A DNA stretch of 64,000 bases from NCBI GenBank assembly GCA_017546265.1, contig JAFYXG010000007.1:3211-67210 (forward strand), written 5' to 3'. The position numbers and the translations under genes were made by a program. Position 1 is the first letter of the stretch. Each line of letters starts with the position of its first letter. Below, piece after piece: positions 56,414 through 64,000 of this stretch. A model generated the notes under the pieces. The model searched no databases, was not told the origin of the DNA, and saw only the letters and a list, made by a program, of their open reading frames with translations. Origin of the DNA: Alphaproteobacteria bacterium. GTDB lineage: Bacteria > Pseudomonadota > Alphaproteobacteria > Rs-D84.

Positions 56414-57583
56414 CTATTTATTTTCCAGTATTGCGATTCCAGGCAATATACGTCCTTCTATAAACTCCAGGAATGCCCCACCCCCTGTTGACACATAGGT
56501 AACATCATCTTTGACCCCGCATGCCTCCAGTGCGGCAACTGTATCTCCTCCACCAACAACACTGACCAGTTTACCATTTCGTGTTTGTTCTGCGATTGCA
56601 TTTGCCAACGCAAATGACCCATACGACCATGTTGGCATCCATTCCGCCATACCAACGGTCCCGTTCCAGATAACTGTTTTAGCCTTGCATATTTCCGCCA
56701 CATCGCGTTGAATGGTCATTTCACCCGCATCTATAATAACGTCATCATCTTCGATTTCTGTAAAGTCCTTGTTCACACGCACAGCATCACGTTCAAAAAC
56801 CTTGGCCACCCCCTTATCCAACGGCAACAGCACCCGACAGTTATTTTTTTCTGCGAAATCCAATATTTCCAGGGCAGTATCTTTTTGATCTGCTTCATAC
56901 AGGGAATTACCAACCCGCCCCCCCGTTGCAAAGTTAAACGTTGTCCCCAATGCACCACCAATAATCAACGTATCTGATAATTTTGCCAATGCTTTCAGCA
57001 CACCGATTTTTGTTGAAACCTTGCTGCCCGCCACAATGGACAGCAGCGGACGCTGGGGATTTTCCATAACATTTGTCAGATTCTCTATTTCATCTGCCAA
57101 CAATCGCCCCGCATAAGATGGCAATATTTCTGCGACACCAACCGTACTGGCATGTGCCCTGTGCGACACAGCAAACGCATCGTTCACAAAGATATCATAC
57201 CCACGTGCTAAATTCGCTGCGAATGCAGGATCATTCTTTTCTTCGCCTGGATAAAAACGGACATTTTCCAGCAAAACCACATCACCATCATACATATCTG
57301 ACATGAAATCCTTGTCCAAGCAATCTGGAATCAACGGTATTCCCATAAAATCCGCGATTGGTTTCAATGTATAATCCATATTTCTCACCCCCTTGGGCCG
57401 TCCGCGATGTGCAACAATTACTACACGTGCTCCCATATTACGCAGCATATTTATTGTCGGCATACTTTGTTCGATACGAAACGGATCAGTAATTTTACCA
57501 TCAACAATTTGCACATTAAAATCATCACGCAGTAAAACAAACCGTCCCCGTAAATCCAGATTTTCAATTGTTCTCAGTTTCAT
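56414..57583 (-). CDS. pgk: Phosphoglycerate kinase
   Basis: 389 aa with LLRDDFNV, VAHRGRPKG and STGGGAFLEF. Confidence 0.95.
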   Translation of the reverse strand: MKLRTIENLDLRGRFVLLRDDFNVQIVDGKITDPFRIEQSMPTINMLRNMGARVVIVAHRGRPKGVRNMDYTLKPIADFMGIPLIPDCLDKDFMSDMYDGDVVLLENVRFYPGEEKNDPAFAANLARGYDIFVNDAFAVSHRAHASTVGVAEILPSYAGRLLADEIENLTNVMENPQRPLLSIVAGSKVSTKIGVLKALAKLSDTLIIGGALGTTFNFATGGRVGNSLYEADQKDTALEILDFAEKNNCRVLLPLDKGVAKVFERDAVRVNKDFTEIEDDDVIIDAGEMTIQRDVAEICKAKTVIWNGTVGMAEWMPTWSYGSFALANAIAEQTRNGKLVSVVGGGDTVAALEACGVKDDVTYVSTGGGAFLEFIEGRILPGIAILENK

Positions 57584-58208
57584 TTTTCATCCTTTGTTTA
57601 ATTGGACCAAAACTTTTACGAAAGTGCTCATTCACCCCAAATTTATCTATAGCAGTCAAATGTGCGGCTGTTGGGTATCCAGCATTTTTATCCCACCCAT
57701 AGTGTGGAAATTGCATGGCCAGTTCCGTCATAATTTTATCACGCGTTTCTTTGGCCACAATGGACGCAGCCGCAATTGACAGTGATTTTGCATCACCCTT
57801 GATGACCGCCCGCCCCACCAAATCGGTCGGCAATCTGTTCCCGTCAACCAAACAAAACTGTGGCACACACCACAAATTTTCAACCGCACGCCGCATTGCC
57901 AGCATAGATGCCCACAAAATATTCAATTCATCTATCTCGGCGGGGCTACATTGTCCTGTTGCCCAGATTGTATTATCACAAATCCACTGAAAGGCAGCAG
58001 CTCGCTGTTTTTGGGTCATCTGCTTAGAATCACGTATCAGCACCGGTATTTCAATATCACGATTTGGGAAAATTACCGCAGCAGCAACAACCGGTCCACA
58101 CAACGGCCCACGTCCGGCCTCGTCCACGCCAGCAACAATATCCCAACCAGACTCATGCTCAATACTAAAATCAGGTATTTCCTTTCTCATGTTATAAGAC
58201 CCTAGCAC
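57564..58208 (-). CDS. rnhB: Ribonuclease HII
   Basis: VAGVDEAGRGPLCGPVVAAAV and DSKQMT. An alternative start is MRKEIP at 58190. It overlaps the pgk start by 20 nt. Confidence 0.92.
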   Translation of the reverse strand: MLGSYNMRKEIPDFSIEHESGWDIVAGVDEAGRGPLCGPVVAAAVIFPNRDIEIPVLIRDSKQMTQKQRAAAFQWICDNTIWATGQCSPAEIDELNILWASMLAMRRAVENLWCVPQFCLVDGNRLPTDLVGRAVIKGDAKSLSIAAASIVAKETRDKIMTELAMQFPHYGWDKNAGYPTAAHLTAIDKFGVNEHFRKSFGPIKQRMKNETENN

Positions 58209-58287
58209 TTTTCACCACGGAAATAAACACATTTTTTATTGACAAATAAAAAAACATACAATACAAATACACAACAAAAGGAAAAAA

Positions 58288-58599
58288 ATGAACAATTTGG
58301 AACACAGCATAGAACGCACCAAAAACAACCGCAACACATGCTTTTTAATTGGCACAATGTGCAGTTCGGCCGTCATAGTATTATTTCTAGCAGCATGCAA
58401 AAATATCGAATCTGGCCATACAACCCATGCACAAATCCAGGAAATTGTTGCAGGTATAAACATTGCTGCGGGAATACTGAATTTTTCAACTGCTCGCCAA
58501 TACCATAAATTGCTGAACAGTTTAAGACAAATGCACAAAAACAAACAAATTTTGGAACAAATCCACCAGAAAGCGAATTTTAATTCCAAACAAAAATAA
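58288..58599 (+). CDS. Small hypothetical membrane protein
   Basis: 103 aa with two hydrophobic segments. It has a TTGACA-17-TACAAA promoter-like element upstream, an AAAGGA SD and a terminator right after the stop. I prefer it over the antisense ORF 58236..58706. Confidence 0.5.
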   Translation: MNNLEHSIERTKNNRNTCFLIGTMCSSAVIVLFLAACKNIESGHTTHAQIQEIVAGINIAAGILNFSTARQYHKLLNSLRQMHKNKQILEQIHQKANFNSKQK

Positions 58600-58623
58600 T
58601 CCCATCGGATGATGGGATTTTTC
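58599..58623. terminator. Stem-loop terminator
   Basis: ATCCCATC-GGAT-GATGGGAT followed by a T-run. Confidence 0.7.
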
Positions 58624-59022
58624 TTATCGTGTTTTATATGGATAAAACGGGTCACGTAAAAACATACGCAAATTATTTGCCTTGTTCCACGTTGGTTTAA
58701 TCTCACGCTGCTTCAAAACACGTTTTATATCGCGATTTAGCAAAAACGCATCCCAGAAAGTACACTTATCATAAAACGCATTTATTGAAGCATTTGACAA
58801 TGGGGTATACGTCAGTTCGACATATTGCTTACCATCCAGTGTATAAGAATATGCCAAATCAAGTCCAGTGTCCCGGCTTCGAAAAACCTTAACCACATCC
58901 CCGACTTTTGGCATAGCAGAAGGCAAGAACGAATCAAGACGCTTTGTTTCACTACGCCGTTCCAGGTTTATCCATTCCTGTTTATTCATTTTGACAATAC
59001 TGTCTACGTAATATTTATCCAT
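58624..59022 (-). CDS. Hypothetical protein
   Basis: The ORF is trimmed to MDKYYVDS (59022) because the tsf terminator stem-loop (59044-59063) overlaps the longer start. I recognise no family. Confidence 0.5.
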   Translation of the reverse strand: MDKYYVDSIVKMNKQEWINLERRSETKRLDSFLPSAMPKVGDVVKVFRSRDTGLDLAYSYTLDGKQYVELTYTPLSNASINAFYDKCTFWDAFLLNRDIKRVLKQREIKPTWNKANNLRMFLRDPFYPYKTR

Positions 59023-59073
59023 TACATACCCCAACATAAACAAAACCGCCCGATTGGGCGGTTATTTCTTATC

Positions 59074-59943
59074 CTAGCCCAACATTTTGGCAACTTCATC
59101 TGCCAAATTGTCTTCACGTTTTTCGATACCTTCACCCAGTACAAAGAACGCAAAGCCGGACAATTTACCATTTGCTTCGGCGACAACGTCTTTTACTGTC
59201 TTGGATGGGTCCATAACGAATGGCTGTTCTTCCAGTACAGATTCACCATAGTACTTTTTAATACGACCTTCGACCATTTTTTCAACAATATTTTCAGGTT
59301 TACCTGCGGTTGCCCCCGATTCGATAAACACTTTCTTTTCGCGTTCAACAGCAACCGGGTCAACGTCCGCCACGGCCATAAATTCAGGTTTATTTGCCGC
59401 GATGTGCATAGCAATTTTCGAACCGATTTCATCGATTTTTTCATCTGTTCCGTTGATTGCGACCACAACCCCAATCTGTCCCATACCTGGAACCAGTGCA
59501 TTATGAATATATGTAAAGATTTTATCACCTTCTACTTTGGCGATACGACGCAGATTCATATTTTCACCAATAGTGGAAATAGTTGCTGCGATATCATCTT
59601 TTACTGCATTCAGGGTCGCATCAAAATCGCCTTTTAATTCAGCGGCTTTTGCAGCGACATCTGCGACCAACTTTTGGAATTTTTCGTTTTTGGCAACAAA
59701 GTCTGTTTCTGCATTTAATTCAACAACACAGCCCATATTATCGCACTTAACAACTGTGACCAAACCAGATGCAGCAACACGTCCAGCCTTGGACGCGGCC
59801 TTTACAATACCCTTTTGACGCAACCAGTCGGCAGCGGCCTGAATATCACCATCATTTTCGACCAGGGCTTTTTTACAATCCATCATACCTGCTGATGTTT
59901 TTTCACGCAGTTCCTGAATCAGTTTTGCTGTAATTTCTGCCAT
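59074..59943 (-). CDS. tsf: Elongation factor Ts
   Basis: LREKTSAGMMDCKKALVENDGD... N-terminal UBA-like domain. It lies downstream of rpsB. Confidence 0.96.
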   Translation of the reverse strand: MAEITAKLIQELREKTSAGMMDCKKALVENDGDIQAAADWLRQKGIVKAASKAGRVAASGLVTVVKCDNMGCVVELNAETDFVAKNEKFQKLVADVAAKAAELKGDFDATLNAVKDDIAATISTIGENMNLRRIAKVEGDKIFTYIHNALVPGMGQIGVVVAINGTDEKIDEIGSKIAMHIAANKPEFMAVADVDPVAVEREKKVFIESGATAGKPENIVEKMVEGRIKKYYGESVLEEQPFVMDPSKTVKDVVAEANGKLSGFAFFVLGEGIEKREDNLADEVAKMLG

Positions 59944-60032
59944 TGTTTAATCTCCCATAATTAAAGAATTCTTGTATGTGCGGGGGCAAGACTTCCCCCA
60001 CACACGTTTTTTTACAATCAGTTTTTCAGATA

Positions 60033-60884
60033 TTATTTATCTGCTTTTTCTGCCAATTTGCCACGGCGTTCTGCACGTGCTTCTGATGTTTTAGACTTAA
60101 TTTTGGCTTCTTTTTCCTTAATTTCGTCTTCTAATTCATCAGCGGCATCTGCCCGCATATCGGACTCAACCTTTTTACCGGCTGCACCGCCCAGGCGTTT
60201 TTCAATACCAGACAAGATTGCATCTACGAACAAATCACAGTACAACTGCGTTGCACGAGCTGCGTCATCATTACCTGGGACTGGATAATCAACCATTTCT
60301 GGATTTGCGTTTGTATCGCAAATTGCAATTGTTGGGATATCCAGATTTTTCGCTTCACGCACTGCATTCATTTCACGAGGCACGTCAATAACGACCATCG
60401 CCTGAGGAACGCCATGCATATCCAAGATACCACCAAAGATATCACGCAGTTTTTCAATTTCTTTTGTCATAACACCGACTTCTTTTTTGGTCAATCCCAA
60501 TTTGTCGGCATTTTCAACATCTGCTTCCATCTTTTTCAAGCGGCGGATAGACTGAGAAACCGTTGACCAGTTTGTCAACATACCACCCAACCAGCGATTA
60601 TTAACATAGTACTGCCCACAACGTTCTGCAGCATCTTTAACAATATCTTTTGCCTGATGCTTTGTTGCAACGAACAAAACCTTACCACCTGCGGCTGCGA
60701 TTGCTTCCAACGCGACCAAAGAACGGTGTAACAAAGGTGCAGTTTTATTCAAGTTAATAATGTGAATTTTGTCTTTTACGCCATAAACATATGGTGTCAT
60801 CAACGGATTCCAGCGGCGGGTATGATGTCCGAAATGAACACCTGCTTCCATCAACTGTTTCATTGTAAAAGTTGGCAAAGCCAT
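60033..60884 (-). CDS. rpsB: 30S ribosomal protein S2
   Basis: MKQLMEAGVHFGHHTRRWNPLM..., with a Lys/Glu-rich C-terminal tail. The start is set at MALPTF (60884). Confidence 0.96.
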   Translation of the reverse strand: MALPTFTMKQLMEAGVHFGHHTRRWNPLMTPYVYGVKDKIHIINLNKTAPLLHRSLVALEAIAAAGGKVLFVATKHQAKDIVKDAAERCGQYYVNNRWLGGMLTNWSTVSQSIRRLKKMEADVENADKLGLTKKEVGVMTKEIEKLRDIFGGILDMHGVPQAMVVIDVPREMNAVREAKNLDIPTIAICDTNANPEMVDYPVPGNDDAARATQLYCDLFVDAILSGIEKRLGGAAGKKVESDMRADAADELEDEIKEKEAKIKSKTSEARAERRGKLAEKADK

Positions 60885-61080
60885 GATTTTATCCTTTTTT
60901 TGTGTTATTATCCTCACCACCTGCGACACCCAAATTCAGTAATTTGGACACAAATTTTGCACAGTGGCTGTGTTCTTCGCACAACGTGCGTAGCCCGATA
61001 ATACCCAATCACCCATAAAAAATCAAGTAAAAATATAAAAAAAGCATCATTTTTCTGCATGTATAAACACCCAACCACCA

Positions 61081-61109
61081 TTGACAAAGACACAACTTTG
61101 TACTATAAT
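61081..61109 (+). promoter_or_regulatory. Consensus sigma70 promoter for the S8 protease gene
   Basis: TTGACA (61081-61086), a 17 nt spacer, then TATAAT (61104-61109). It is followed by a GTGAG-TTGGGG-CTCAC hairpin and a GGAGG SD before ATG 61150. Confidence 0.6.
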
Positions 61110-61149
61110 AATAGTGTGTGAGTTGGGGCTCACAGGAAATGGAGGTTGC

Positions 61150-63042
61150 ATGAAAAAGGTAAAAAAGATCTTTAGTGCTTTCTTATGTGGTGTAATTGCC
61201 AGTGGTTCTGCTGTTGCAAACAACTGTGACAATGAAATGTACCGCCGTTATAACCCGGACAAATGCTCGACTGTGGCAGAATCTAACTCGGGCTTTTCGT
61301 TTGGTGGTACGGTTGCTGTTGCATCTGGTGCGGCTGCATTGGTCGGCGGTGCAATTGCCCTCTTTGGTTTATCATCTAGCAGCGATGATGATTCATCTAG
61401 CACAACATATGCGACAACATCTAAACGCAACACAGCAACAGTTTATTCGCATCCTACCCTGTCCTTATACAATAACGTTGGTAATGACATAGACAGCATC
61501 CGCCTGGCGGCGGCCACCTCGACCAGTGAATATATTCGAAATTTTGACCATTACAATGAAATCCGTGCGGGCTATTCCCTGGCACGCGGATTTACGGGTG
61601 CGGGCTCTACCATCGCTGTCCTAGATTCTGGCAAAAACACATTCCACGGCGGTAACGTTGCATATTTGGCAGGCGGTCCAATTGCACCAAACGCAAACAT
61701 CGTTTCATACCAGGTATCAGACCGCAACGAAAACTTTAAAACCTTTGCTGAAATTGGAGACGTTATCAACGCAGCAAATGCGGTGGGCACTAACATTTAC
61801 AATGCCAGTTGGTCATCAGGTCGCTATTATGCCAACTATATCAGCACACGCAGCCAGTTAGAAAATATGACCCACAAAAACTTTGTAAACGCACTGACCA
61901 ACGCAGTTGCAGACAATGATGCTATATTTGTATGGGCGGCGGGCAACGACTATCAAAACGAATCCAGCTTTTTATCAGCCATGCCATTATATGTACCAGA
62001 ATTACAGGGCAACTTTGTAAACGTTGTCGCATGGGACAACGAAACCAACGGCCTGGCAGATTTCAGTAATGCCTGTGGTGCAACCAAAGAATTCTGCATC
62101 ACAGCCCCTGGCACAAATTTAACATCACCGAAAACAGAAACTGTTTTAGAAGGCACCAGCTTTGCGGCCCCAATTATATCTGCAGCGATTGCCGTACTGC
62201 GAGAAGCATTTCCATACATGAAATCATCAGAAATCACAGGTGTATTATTTGCAACGGCCCGTGATTTAGGTATTGAGGGTGTAGACGAAATCTATGGACA
62301 CGGTATGCTGGACTTGGAACGTGCTACCCGTCCTGTTGGTGCAACTCTGGTACCATTATCAGACGGTCAAACAGTATCCTTATCAACCGCACGCATAGCC
62401 GGGACAATTGGTCACAAAATCAAATCCAGCGACATAAAATTCTCGTTCATAGACAGTTTTGGCCGTGCATTTGAAACCAATCTGAACGACAACATCTCCG
62501 TACAGAATCGCGGTTTGGGCTTTGAACGTCTGCGTGCAGATTCCAACAACACGGTCCGCATTGGCAACATTGAAATCGGTTTTAAATCGACAGACATGTT
62601 CATGTCTCAGGGCTTTTTGGAAACAGATTCAGACAACATAATCAGTTATATAGGTTTTCAAGACAGTATCCAAATTGGCAACACCGAATTATTCTATCAC
62701 ACTACACTGGGAACAACCAACCCACGTGCAGCAGCCGAATCCATGGTATCTGGTTTCAGCAACATCTACACTGCATCCGCAAAAATCGGTGCAAAATACG
62801 GCGATTTCAGTTTCAGTGTTGGTACCCCTGACACAATTATTAACGGCAACATGCACCTAAACATCCCGACTGGCCGCAGCATTAATGGTGATTACACATT
62901 TGCACGCCAAACAATCGACTTGGCATCACGTCCATCAGTTGAATTCAGTGCATCATATAAATTCATGACTGCGGGCTTTGTAGATAATCCCTACGGTACA
63001 GACGAAATTTATATGTTGGCCAAGACAAAATTGCAGTTCTAA
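61150..63042 (+). CDS. Subtilisin-like (S8) serine protease with C-terminal outer-membrane beta-domain (autotransporter-like)
   Basis: Signal peptide MKKVKKIFSAFLCGVIASGSAVA. Catalytic Asp in TIAVLDSG, His in TFHGGNVA and Ser in GTSFAAPIISAAIA. The C-terminal part of about 230 aa has beta-strand periodicity and ends AKTKLQF. Confidence 0.8.
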   Translation: MKKVKKIFSAFLCGVIASGSAVANNCDNEMYRRYNPDKCSTVAESNSGFSFGGTVAVASGAAALVGGAIALFGLSSSSDDDSSSTTYATTSKRNTATVYSHPTLSLYNNVGNDIDSIRLAAATSTSEYIRNFDHYNEIRAGYSLARGFTGAGSTIAVLDSGKNTFHGGNVAYLAGGPIAPNANIVSYQVSDRNENFKTFAEIGDVINAANAVGTNIYNASWSSGRYYANYISTRSQLENMTHKNFVNALTNAVADNDAIFVWAAGNDYQNESSFLSAMPLYVPELQGNFVNVVAWDNETNGLADFSNACGATKEFCITAPGTNLTSPKTETVLEGTSFAAPIISAAIAVLREAFPYMKSSEITGVLFATARDLGIEGVDEIYGHGMLDLERATRPVGATLVPLSDGQTVSLSTARIAGTIGHKIKSSDIKFSFIDSFGRAFETNLNDNISVQNRGLGFERLRADSNNTVRIGNIEIGFKSTDMFMSQGFLETDSDNIISYIGFQDSIQIGNTELFYHTTLGTTNPRAAAESMVSGFSNIYTASAKIGAKYGDFSFSVGTPDTIINGNMHLNIPTGRSINGDYTFARQTIDLASRPSVEFSASYKFMTAGFVDNPYGTDEIYMLAKTKLQF

Positions 63043-63656
63043 TTCACTTCCTGGATAATCATATCGATACCCCTAAGGATAATAAACTTGGTCAACGTAT
63101 CGCGATGACAATGCAGTTTGCGTGCAATTTTGTTTTTCGACCACCCGTCTTGCAGTTTCCGTATTATATACTCATCTTGTCCGGCCAGTTTTCTGGCACT
63201 TTTTGCTCCCTTGGCACGTCCTATATTTTTTCCTTCGGCCTTTAATCGTGCCAGTGCCTCTTTGGTACGTTGTGAAATCAGGTTTCGTTCAATTTCCGCA
63301 GACAGCCCAAACGCAAACGCCAGCACTTTGGACGTGATATCTGCCCCCAGTCGATAATTATCTTTTATTGTCCAAATTCTGACCCCTACATCCATACAGT
63401 GATGTAAAATACTCATCACCTGCAACAGGTTTCGTCCCAATCTGGACAATTCAGACGCAATAATTAAATCATTTGCCTGAACCTTTTTAAGCAACTTCCC
63501 CAATTTTCTTTTACTCAAATCCTTGGTTGAAGAAATTGTTTCTTCAATCCATTGGTCAATTACCAGGTCTTGCTTTTCTGCGAACTTTTTAATTTCGAAC
63601 CGTTGGTTTTCTGTATTTTGATGGTCTGTTGATACCCTAACATAACCGTAAACCAT
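63039..63656 (-). CDS. Serine recombinase (resolvase/invertase family), orphan
   Basis: MVYGYVRVSTDHQNTENQ (catalytic Ser block), LIIASELSRLGRN and a C-terminal HTH (WSKNKIARKLHCHRDTLTKF). There is a strong AAGGAG SD before ATG 63656. The longer track ORF (to 63839) is rejected. Confidence 0.85.
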   Translation of the reverse strand: MVYGYVRVSTDHQNTENQRFEIKKFAEKQDLVIDQWIEETISSTKDLSKRKLGKLLKKVQANDLIIASELSRLGRNLLQVMSILHHCMDVGVRIWTIKDNYRLGADITSKVLAFAFGLSAEIERNLISQRTKEALARLKAEGKNIGRAKGAKSARKLAGQDEYIIRKLQDGWSKNKIARKLHCHRDTLTKFIILRGIDMIIQEVN

Positions 63657-63772
63657 ATAAAACTCCTTAGATATGTTTTTTATGAAAATATCACCATCAA
63701 CAAAAAACACTTGCAATTTTGGGTTAATACTGGTCAAATGAAACATACGAAACAAAACAAAGGAAGTGAACA

Positions 63773-64000
63773 ATGGCAGGCAGTATAAACAAAGTGATAT
63801 TGGTTGGGAACATTGGCCAAGAACCCCAGGTTCGCACAATGAACAGCGGGCAAAAGGTTGTTAGTTTTTCATTGGCAACATCCGACCGCTGGCGTGACAA
63901 ATCAACTGGCGAGTTCAAAGATCAAACCGAATGGCATCGCGTAGTAATCTTTAACCCCAGTTTGGTCGAGGTTGCTGAACGCATGTTACAAAAAGGCACC
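63773..64000 (+). CDS. ssb: Single-stranded DNA-binding protein, 3' end cut off by window edge
   Basis: My translation is [60 protein letters not shown]..., an OB-fold SSB signature. AAAGGAAG SD. Confidence 0.9.
   Translation, partial: MAGSINKVILVGNIGQEPQVRTMNSGQKVVSFSLATSDRWRDKSTGEFKDQTEWHRVVIFNPSLVEVAERMLQKGT

Noticed and set aside
61060-61135. Invertible promoter (phase switch) for the S8 protease, bounded by inverted repeats
   Set aside because: The only candidate arms (CACCCAACCAC vs the reverse complement of GAGTTGGGGCTC) match at about 8 of 11 positions, which is too weak by eye. I left this as a test suggestion, not a call.
63657-63839. Long N-terminal extension of the recombinase ORF (start 63839). 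Similar extensions occur for rho (9752), tyrS (56400), rpsB (60929), carD (45246), bamE (46405) and the NMP kinase (29843)
   Set aside because: The conserved family N-termini begin at internal Met codons that carry SD sequences. The extensions overlap promoters, terminators or the neighbouring gene (ssb) and are hydrophobic or Cys-rich junk.
50053-64000. A prophage or integrated element suggested by the ClpP-like protease, serine recombinase, ssb and (at 16942) an Imm-like protein
   Set aside because: These genes are scattered among core housekeeping genes. There are no capsid, terminase, tail or integrase-att structures. The ssb looks like the chromosomal copy.

Overview
This 64 kb window looks like a contiguous, visibly AT-rich bacterial chromosome segment with dense coding on both strands. 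No homology search or tool was available. All calls rest on reading the supplied translations, my own translation of untracked stretches, and hand-folded RNAs.

The gene content suggests an Alphaproteobacteria-like genome. That inference rests on a CcrM-type adenine methyltransferase together with nrdR, a carD/cdnL-like gene, rho, clpP-clpX, rpsB-tsf and pgk.

Most of the window is housekeeping: eno, pth, polA, rpsA, tyrS, pgk, rnhB, tsf, rpsB, tdk, acpS, prmC, htpX, corA, ctpA, ssb and a 1169 aa pyruvate:ferredoxin oxidoreductase. I hand-folded four tRNAs: Pro-TGG, Leu with an apparent AAG anticodon, Arg-ACG and Pro-GGG. There are no rRNA genes, no CRISPR array and no intact transposon or prophage.

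The unusual content is mainly in the cell envelope:
- A 1734 aa autotransporter.
- An S8 subtilase with a beta-barrel tail, lying next to an orphan serine recombinase.
- A three-gene outer-membrane operon whose first product carries a Q/N/Y/S-rich N-terminus.
- Two paralogous secreted proteins, 331 and 1017 aa, that share an identically spaced Cys motif I cannot assign to any known family.

Other items worth follow-up:
- A Fic-fold protein with a degenerate active-site motif, paired with an APH-like kinase.
- An orphan ClpP paralog behind a near-consensus promoter.
- A short-LID NMP kinase next to rpsA.
- An untracked 34 aa Cys/Lys-rich peptide gene.
- A roughly 148 bp tandem duplication that copies the 3' end of tRNA-Arg plus its terminator.
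- A roughly 260 bp unexplained non-coding region next to tRNA-Pro.

I cannot show that any of these is a coherent new system. The envelope locus at 17.5-24 kb and the Fic/kinase pair are my best candidates.
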